DNA of 64,000 nt from Amoebophrya sp. A120 (lineage: Eukaryota > Protista > Dinoflagellata), in NCBI GenBank assembly GCA_905178155.1, contig CAJINV010000003.1, forward strand, positions 9,059,979-9,123,978, read 5' to 3'. Position 1 is the stretch's first letter. Each line of letters begins with the position of its first letter. Positions 50,701 to 60,005 of this stretch are shown piece by piece. The notes beneath the pieces were generated by a model. The model ran no database searches. It saw only the letters and a program-made list of their open reading frames with translations, and was not told where the DNA came from. Both the position numbers and the translations under genes were made by a program.

Positions 50701-52249
50701 GCGCCACATGGTTACTCTGGCGCCAGAGTCCGTGAAGCAACTTTGGGTCCATGGCCGCCTTCGCAAGGCACTGATTCGTTTTTTTCATTTGTTCCAGCTC
50801 CTCCAGCAGGTGACGTTCTCGTACCCCGTAGTGCGACTTTTGTTCCTGGAGCTCCTCTTGAAACAGGTACGCCCGCTCCGCCATCTGTTCACGCAGACGC
50901 CAACTGCGCTCTTCGTTGCGTGTCGGAACAGCCGAAGGCGCGCTACGGTCACGGACCCGTGGTCTTGCCCTTCCGTGGCTGCTCTCGTCGAACCCGGAGA
51001 ACTCTGTCAGGTGCCGGCGATTTTCTGCTATCAAACGCGCACAGTCACGCTCAAACCTCTCGCGCTTTTCACGCACCCGCGAGAGTCGCTCCCCCACCAG
51101 GTCCTTGCGTGTGCGCAAAAGCGGCGACGACACAGACTCAAAACTTCGTGCGGGCATATTCGGCAGCGACCCTGCGCCCCCTGATGGCGGTCCATCCTCA
51201 ACATGCCGACGCACTGCAGAACTATCCGACATTCTTGTGGGCGAAACAAAGGCCGGGCCAGCCGAATTCGACCGTAGAAACTTTCGCGTTCGCGAATGAA
51301 TGCGGCTGCCAGAGGCGCCCAGCATAGGAGATGAAGACCAACTACGAGCCGGCGATCGCGGCTGGTGGAAACTCGAGTTTGGGGAGGGCGATCGATACCG
51401 CTTCGAAAACGGAGATTGCGATGGGCTCGGCCTGCGGTTTGTCCTCTGGGACGGTGGATGATCTTCCAATACTCGACTTCGGCTCCGAGACAAGGCTCCC
51501 GTGGGAGATGCCGGCGAAGTCATCTGCACCCGACCGCCGGCGGGTGACCACGGCTTGGGATGCTGGGGACGGGAGTACTGCGAGGTAGCGTTCTTCGCAA
51601 CTGTAACGTCTTCGACCTTGTTTGCCTCAATGGAACGATTGTGCAGTCGCTCACTCAAAGTCAACTTTCCCGCTCGGCCTGACCGGGAGGCCGCTTGTCC
51701 ACTTTCATGCCCCTGTTGAGCTGGGCCCAGACCCACCTGTGAATCCCTGTAGCTGATGGGGATCTCGGAGAGTTGGCTCGCAGACGCGTCGGTTACGTGC
51801 AGCCTCGCAGACACACTATTTTCAACGGAGCTGCGCGGCTCATAAGCATCGCGCTCTTGTGGATGCTCCTGATTGCCAAAATTAGGACTATTTTTACTCT
51901 CTCCCCGAGCAGCCTGAAGCAGGCTCTGATAATGCTCCTCGCTATCATTCAACATTCGGACGCTTGCTGAAATTGCGTTTGCCCTTGATGTTGCATCCCA
52001 AGCAGTGGTAGAAGTAGACCCTGATGCACTACCAACTTCTCGCTGTACCGCCTTGTGCGACGCAGTACTATGAGTTCCCGCGTTCCCTGGTTGTGGAGAA
52101 GTAGCTGCGGCAGGGTCAAATGGGTTTGCCGTGCTCCCGACTTCACTGAAGAACCGTTGTTTCGCCCGTAAAATCTCCTCAGACTTTTGCCGAGCCAAAA
52201 TCTTAAGCTCCTCGATTTCATGCTCAAGTTGTCGTGGCGCCGGCTCCAT
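47724..52249 (-). CDS. Large coiled-coil hypothetical protein, 2 exons
   Basis: ORFs 50435..52366 and 47724..50186 join via a candidate GT-AG intron at 50043-50440 (ARWKKE-IEESNRK); several E/Q/R/K-rich heptad segments. Confidence 0.75.
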
Positions 52250-53681
52250 TTTTTCATTTAGATATCGGGGTCGAATTGGATATAGAGACAAAACCCAAAA
52301 CGCATTTCTATCTTTGTACTTTGGTTTATTAATTATCGGTACGCCCCATATAAGGGAAAGTCGCACGTCGATATTTTGAAGCTAAACCTAAAGGTGAAAA
52401 ATATTTTTAAATCATGCATCTCACCTCGGCCTGATGAGTAGATTTTTTGATTTGGCCAAGCCCTCTATTTGCATGTACTGTTTGGTTTGGGCGCATGGGC
52501 TTGGCATTCCACAGCCTTTTGTATCCAAGTGCTCGGCCGTATTTTTCTACTTGAGCTAAAAAAACATACATAGATGTGAAAAGAAAAGGATCCCGCCATT
52601 CACAGTGAGTGGCGGAACGACCTGCGCCATTTTTTCATGGACGACCACGACTGTAGAAATTCACTCGCTGTCATCTATCGACACACGCACATCAACTACC
52701 ACCGAGCGAAAACAACCGAGCGGTCGCTCCTGCCACGACGAATAAACTTTGGCAAAGCAAGTTAAATTCACTTCCGAGGCTGCACAATGAAGATCAACGC
52801 ACGAGAGTTCTCGAAACACGATCACACAATTGATCTTACCTAGCGAAAAAGAGATTGAAAACACGAACGTTGCTGTTCCCAATGAAAAAGATGAAGCGCT
52901 GACTGCACTTCTTCATCACTGCCAACGGCTAGACAAGGGGATCGGGCCAGCATTGTGTGGAAATAGAATTAGAATTAGAATTAGAAGCGCCTGACGAGCT
53001 GTCCAGGAGTAGTGGTAAGTCCCCAAAAAGCTCCAAATTCCACCCCGCTTTCTCGAAAACCAAAATCGTCGGGAGACGAAGAAGTACGTCTGACCCAAGC
53101 CTACGCCTAGCAGCACTGACGACGTTGTATTGTATGTAAAAAAGACAAGTGAGAAAAAAAGGAGAGATGAAAAAAGAAACACGATAAGCAAATCCTCTCC
53201 CTTCGCTTTTTCAGCAGTTGCACTTTGATTTCGCCTTTCATGACTTGCTACATCTGGACGTGCGCTTTCTATACTATGCTGGTATGCTGGAGATTTATCA
53301 CAAAAGACGCGAGGCCTAGGAGGGCGTCCTGTCGTTTCCCCGTCGTGTCTCGCCCAGCAATAGATCATGTTGCTAGTTTCGCTATGTATAGATACTACTG
53401 TCTTACTCGGATGCGGTCTTGGTCTTCACTCTTCACCACATTTTTATGAATGTATTAAATTATGACTAGAAACTCAGTTACTCGTACGTGCTTACTACAG
53501 TCAGCGTGCCTTAGGAGCTGCGTTGATGCGTTGTGGTAGTGATCAACATCATCGAATAAAACCGGCACGTCCCGGTCCCGGAGGGAGCAAATGTAATAAA
53601 AGCAAGCCCTGATCGGTTAGTTTTCAATACTACACTACGACTACTGATTAATCATTCTGTGAACTCAAAATGCTTACTAAA

Positions 53682-56600
53682 CTATCGGAGAGCATTTTCT
53701 AGCACCACACGCACGCCCCAGGCCTTCTTTGTAACATCTCGTGCAAAGGCTACAACCTTTGACGACAAGTCGAGTGCCGTTAATGCACTTTTCGTTGTGG
53801 AATGGTCGCCGAACGCCCTTGCGTGAACCTCCATGAGCATGCGCAACTGCAAAGAACCCTCCCCCGGTCTGGCGGGAAAAGCTAAGCTATTCTTTTCCGA
53901 CCACTCCTGGAAGGAACAGAAAAGTGGGTCTCTTCTGTTATGCGAAAAATCATTCTGCTGCCCTGGCTGGATACTGCGTCCTGCAGACGTTGCATTGTTG
54001 AGAAGTGACCCTTTCAAAAAGGTTGGCGCTTGTTGACTTAACACCTCCATCTCTTTGTCCGGCAAAGCCCAGCTCGTCCAATCGTCGTACCTACCGCATC
54101 CGCTCTCATCCGTCCGTACAAACACCTGAACGGTGTCTCGCAGCGCTTTGCGCCAGCATTCCGTCACGACAGGCGTGGTATCATTCTTCAAGTAGCTGTG
54201 GTCAGCATCAGGTGCATGAACAAGAACATCAGCAGCAGGTGCACAACCCCGTGTCGACGGCGAGCTAGTCTCGGTTGGCAGGGTACCATCCGCTGGCCGG
54301 TGAGGAGCCGTCTGGAAAGGTTCCGCGGAACCAGGACGCTCGTCTTGGTCAACCAACAGAAGCGCCATAAAAGTGGAGAGATCCACTAAGGCAAGGGTAG
54401 CGTATCGATCCGCTTCCACGCGGCTCGTTGGCACTCCACCCCAAATCGCGTCCTGTGCGTCGAGGTGCAGTACGTTGGGCAGCCGCATCAGAGTCGTATG
54501 GAAGCGTCAGGTTTGAAATCGTCAAAGTTGAAATAATTTGTAATGCATAAAATGCATGCCCCGAGGTGCGTGCGTTGCAGAGCAGGCAAGTGAGGCCGAT
54601 TGTAAGCCTGTTTGGGGTTACAGCTCGAGCTGCTAAAGTAGCATGAGAAAATCACTCTTCTTTGCCTAGACAGCACGACAAACTGGATTTAGGGACCGCC
54701 GAAATTTGTCATGCGCCACTTGGAAAATGGGTTCCAACTGGCATCCATTTTATGCATGACAAATTATTTCAACTTTGTCGATTTCAACTCTGACACATCC
54801 ATAAGTCGGATTCGACACGTGTTCTTGCCAGCGCAGGTTATTGATCGTATTACAATGAAAAATGCCCCCACCCCCGAACTTGAAAGCATTTGTATTGCAA
54901 ACCTTTCCAAATGAAAAATTCGCCCTCTTGCATGTATCAGCATCACAGATTTCCGATCGCGAATAGCAAAAATTTGTATTGCAAAAGATCCCAGCAAGAG
55001 CGGTGCTTGTCATGAAAGCGATGCGAAACACGACTAGAATCTGCATCAGAAAGATTCATACTCCTTTCATGCATGACAAAAAGTTTTCATTTGGAAACTT
55101 CGCATCACAAATTTTTGCAACTTTGGGGTGGAAAGCACTTTTCACTGTAATAGATCGCGGGATAGATTTCTCTGCAGCAGTGGTGAACATCCACCTCCAC
55201 TTCAGCACCGCCACTGCACATGCCCATATGGTCCTTTTCCGGGCGAAAAAAAACGAAGAAACTTCGCAAACTGTAGCCTTCGTTGTCCTGTGCGCACTCC
55301 CAAATTTCCCGTCCAAGCTCTTCTTTGAACGCCAGGGAGGCAAACAGAACCTGCTTTGCACCCTCAACAATGCTGCTTGCATCACACAGATTCAGGTAAC
55401 ACAACAACGGCGCCGATGATGCTTCGTCTGCTCTCGTTGTTTTTGCTAACGAGAGCTCTCGTCGTCCCAGGAGAGGTCTACTAGTACTTCTCTCGAAAAG
55501 TGAAAGGGGAGACCACCTAGTTCCAACACGAAGAAGATCTTGTCCTTCCAGACCAGGAACAGTGTCGTCCATGTCGTCCCTCTTGGGAACATGTGTTGTT
55601 CGCGCTGGTACCGCGAGCGACCGTGACGATCCCACAAGGCGGGTCCGCACTTCCTCACGAATATATCAAGTGTAAAAATGTCTGGGTCTGGAAGAATGCA
55701 ACTTGTCATGCTGATTTTGGATTATAAAAAAATCTGTTAATTGCATGAGCAGCAAAGAGAGTCCAAGTTTTGCTACACGCAAAGAGCATTTGTCATGCGG
55801 TATAGGCATCAGGAAGCCCTCACAAAATCTGTGATGCTAGGGCATGCATCACAGACATCAGGAGTCATGCAAAATGTGCATGACAAACCTGGCAATCTTC
55901 CAGACCCAGACATTTTTACATTTGATAGAATAACGGCAGGATCGACGTCCACGTCCGCGCGAGTGCAGAATATCAAATGCAAAAATGTCTGGGTCTGGAA
56001 GATTCTGAGATTTGTCCTGCATGTTTTACATGACCCAGGATGTCTGTAATGCACGGCCGCGCGTCACAGATTTTGAGAGGGCTTCCTGATGCCTACTCCG
56101 CATGACAAACGCCCTCCCCGCGTAGCACAAACTAGACTCCTCTTGCTGGTCATGCAATACAGATTTTTCTAGAGTTCAAAGTTAGCGTCACAAGTTCCAA
56201 TCTTCAAGACCCAGACATTTTTACATTTGATACAGAAGGCAAAGAAACGAAACAGGGCAGCAAGGAACCCCGTGTCCGGGAGGAACCGGTCGGCTGCGCG
56301 ACGCCAAAATTCCCCCGTCACAGGAATTGCAAAGTTTATCCCGACCGTGTTATACCACCACGACATCGCCAGACCCGGGTCCGGTCGCTTCACTCGACTC
56401 GGAGAGACGAGCATCTCTACTTCGCTTCTTGAAGTAGCCTCCGCTGCGACATCTTGTTCACTCTCGACGTCGACGTCAAAAGGGCTGCCAGAAGGCGGCC
56501 GACTCGTTGTGGACGTTGTCGTAGAAGCGGAAACAGTGCCGCGCCGCCCCCAGTGCCTTGAAGTGCGCGCGTTCTGTATTTCCCAGTACACCATCCAGGT

Positions 56601-59234
56601 ATGGTAGGGCGTGACGGCTTTCGCAGTCCCTAGAGGTGCGTCTGGATCAGAACAGTGACTTGCTGGGCGGCACTGGAAATAGCGTTTGTTCCCATAAGGG
56701 GCTAACACCGTAGTAGTGGTTGTGCTGTTGTCTATTGTGTCGCTCACGTTCGTCTTTTTGTTCACCGACTGCATCATTTTTCGCCGCCATTCCGCCGACT
56801 TCACCTTGCGCATGTGCATGCGGTACACCAATAATCCCATCGAAGCCAACCGCGCCGGAAAGTACCGCTCCGGCTCCCGTACGGCCAGTGTGGGAAAGAA
56901 AAGCGACGCTCCCACGTAGTTGCAGGCTCCGCCAACAGCGTATTGCACCCAGGCAGAGTAGAAGCTGTTGAACTCCGGGGACGCGCGCACTCGCCAGAAG
57001 CAGTCCGGCTCGTCAACGCGGCAGTTATACATGTCGAACGGATCGGTAGTAGCGAGGCGCTTCATCACCATCTCGCCCGCGAATGCGTTCCGCCTGCAGG
57101 AACGGAAACGGTCCGCGAAAACCATTTCGGCCACGTTGACCATCATCATCAAAGGCGCGGCGCGAAGTTTACGTTCCCAGTGTTGTGACAGCTTTACGCC
57201 TGCTGACACATCATCTGTAGCACTCGAGGGATTCATGATTGAAAAAAATTGCTCAGCGTCTGCGCAGGAACTGCTTTTGACACTACCTGAAACGAGAGCT
57301 CCACAGTCCGTCGTGTCGTCTAGTTCTGCTAGCTCGTGTTTTGTTGCATGTCGTGTCCACAAATCAGCGTCCACAGGTAAATGATCTGCGAGGGAGGCAA
57401 TTCCTGGCGTCGCAGTCGAACTCAGACCAGAGTATTTTTTGCCTAACGCAGGGGCGGGGACAGGCCCTCGTACAACCGCCACGAGGCGATCAGCCGAGGA
57501 GGAGACAAGGCCCCAAAACGCCTCACGGAGATTCGTCGTGAAGCTTGTTGTGTCTTCACCCGGTTCATGAGATGCTGTTGCTGATGCACGGTAATTATGT
57601 CGCTCCGTGTTCTTCGTCGTGGTGTTACCAGGAGACAGTGCGGAAACAGCTGCGATCGTTGGATCACTAGGCGTACTAGAGCCACTACTTCTGTCAAGAA
57701 CTACATCAGCTGACATCCCGTTGCCAGGGCGCTTCTCGGGAGATGTTGACGAGGACACTTCTGCGTTGATTTCTGGTGCCGCAGGAGCGGCAGAATACAC
57801 CGCAGTAGAGTTCTTGGCCTGCCGCTGCTTTATCCAGGCTTTCCGTAGGTGCGAGAAGCCGTCCATCGCAGAAGGCACGGTCATCCACTTCAAGACCATG
57901 ACTACAAAAGTCAGCGAGTTCACCACCGCGTTCTTCTCAAGCATGTTCCAGGAGAACAAAGGCGGCACCTGAAAGCCAGCCATTGTCTCTTCTAGTACAG
58001 GCAGAAAGCAGCCAGAAAACCAGTCCCAGTCAGAGTCGAGTGAAGCGACCAACTTCTCATGCAAATGCGACTCCAGCAGAAACCGCAGCCCAAATTCCTG
58101 AACACTCGTCTGCTGCGGAAAAAGGTCCGCCTCGTCATTCTGCATCGCGACGAAAGATTCCGCCAGGGAGGTGGAGGATGAAGATCCGTCTCCTTTCGCT
58201 GCACGGTTGCGGTGTTTTGATGTTGGAAACCGCAAAATTGGTGCGATCCAGGGCTGCGCGGTAGCAAGTCTCGGGATCATCTCTTCCACAAGATCTAGCA
58301 GCTCCTCCTTCAAACTGTCTTCAGAACCTGATTCATCGTCCGCCTGGGGCGTTGCTCTCCCTCCGACCCTTGCTTTTTCTTCTTGCCCTATCTGCTCCAG
58401 GAGCGTCGTGCACTCCCGCTTCCTAAATTCGTTTTCCAAGAGAGGGTCATCAAGGTGCGTGTCGGAAAAACTGTGTCGTTGCACACCACGCAATGTGCCA
58501 TAGTCCGTACGGTTCGCGACCGATAACAGTGCGTTCCCGAGGGTGATGCGCCACGCAGCGCTTCGGGGCACGGCGGCCTCGCTTTCGCTATAGATCAGCG
58601 GCCTCGTAGTGCCGAAAACTTGAGCCAAGAAGTCCAGCGCAACCTGAGCATCCGACCTCGCATCGATTCCGCTCATCGTCCACAAGTCTGTGAGCATGAG
58701 ACCCGCATACCGCTTTGCCTGCAATTTCGTCTTGATCACTGTCCCCCAAATTTCGTCGTTTTCAAGGTAAACCTGATTTGGAACCTGCCGAATCAAAGTC
58801 GGCTTCGACACGAAGTCTACCCAAAGCTCAGGTCTAAAACTATCTGGGAAAAAACTTGCAGCGCAGGCTTCCCGCACCGGGATCCGGAAGAAGACGAAAA
58901 AGGACCGCAAAGACCTGTGGCCGTCGTGCTCTGGGTTGTTCCTCTTTACCCGGGCGCATTGCCAAATGACCTCGCTCAGTGCGGTCTCGAAAGAGGAAGA
59001 GTACTCGAGTGGTCTTGCGCCCTGCTTCAATTCTTTGACAAGACAAACATTCACGTAACAGAGCTGCTCTGGTTCCTTTGCTTCTTCTCGCCGTCGCCAC
59101 ATTTGGCCGGTCTTGTAAAAGCGTGTCGCGCGAACCTCGAAGGTTATCAACCTATCGTACCCGAGGTGGACCACCCAACGCAATAGGACACCGTAGAAGT
59201 GGAACAACCGCGGCGACGGGCCAAAACGCGACAT
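53682..59234 (-). CDS. Large hypothetical protein with a twice-repeated uncharacterised domain; 5 exons, 4 introners
   Basis: Continuous frame after removing 55971-56232, 55664-55927, 54848-55152 and 54497-54803. The motif LCYxNxC..IWxCA..SLRSFFVFFR..VSxPTLxR.PN..IWG occurs near both ends. Start codon uncertain. Confidence 0.85.
54497..54803. mobile_element. Introner, family C (long TIR of about 64 bp)
   Basis: TATGGAAGCGTCAGGTTTGAAATCGTCAAAGTTGAAATAATTTGTAATGCATAAAATGCATGCC has an inverted copy ending at 54803; perfect repeat AGTCG; removal gives HVSNPT-LMRLPN. Confidence 0.95.
54848..55152. mobile_element. Introner, family B-like
   Basis: TATTACAATGAAAAATGCCCCCACCCC ... GGGGTGGAAAGCACTTTTCACTGTAATA; perfect repeat GATCG; removal gives IYPAI-NNLRW. 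Confidence 0.93.
55664..55927. mobile_element. Introner, TIR family A
   Basis: TATCAAGTGTAAAAATGTCTGGGTCTGGAAGA ... TCTTCCAGACCCAGACATTTTTACATTTGATA; perfect repeat GAATA; removal gives DPAVI-REEVRTRL. Confidence 0.96.
55971..56232. mobile_element. Introner, TIR family A, inverted relative to 55664-55927
   Basis: TATCAAATGCAAAAATGTCTGGGTCTGGAAGA ... TCTTCAAGACCCAGACATTTTTACATTTGATA; perfect repeat CAGAA; removal gives FFAFC-TRADVDV. Confidence 0.96.
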
Positions 59235-60005
59235 CTTGTTCAGAGAGGCAACGTGTCGGAGCGAATGTGTACTTGCACCACCTCCGAGGTTCTCCTTTTC
59301 TCGACAAGCCACCTACGACGCCTGACGAAGAGTCCTCCAGAGCCGATTATTTCTTACTGGTGTAGGTACGAGTTGTATCTCTCTATCTTTTCTGCGAGCG
59401 CTCAAAAAAAAAACCGAGGCAGGCACACTCGGAGACCCAAAGCGCAAAAAACGGCAAGAGTGTGGCGCGTAACCAGGCTCTTCTTGGTTTCGCTTTTGCT
59501 TTTGGTCAACACCAACAGAAAATTTTGCATGACAACGAGCGACACGACCTAGTACAAGGAGATCGGATGATGTAACAAATATCTTGTACTTGAGTTGGCG
59601 CAGCTCCGTCTCGCTCTCGCAGCCGTCACGGGAACAAAAGAATTGCAGCCTACAAGGAGTTGAACTTGAACATCCAATGAACCACCAAGAGGTAGACGCA
59701 GACCTGCGACTGTGAAAGCAAAAACAAATAAACATCGACTCGCGTCGCTCTCTCCGACCGGAACGGCAAGATTCCCATCTTTCTAGATGATAAAGAAGAA
59801 TGAATGCTTTAAATTTGAAGAGCTTCATACATGTCATCGAACCTGTGAAATCGAACAGAAATCGTACAGAAGTGTCAACAACGTCCGTGAACGGATCCGT
59901 CCGCCAGGGCCCATCGGAATATCGAGTTGTGGTGCCGCTGTCTTTCCTCGGCGTTCAGGTTCAGCTGGGGAATAAATGCTTTTACAACAAGCAACAAGTC
60001 AGTGT

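Noticed and set aside
394-56054. Recurrent peptide 'LPDPDIF' / 'KMSGSG' in many small ORFs as a protein family
   Set aside because: It is simply the translation of the family A TIR.
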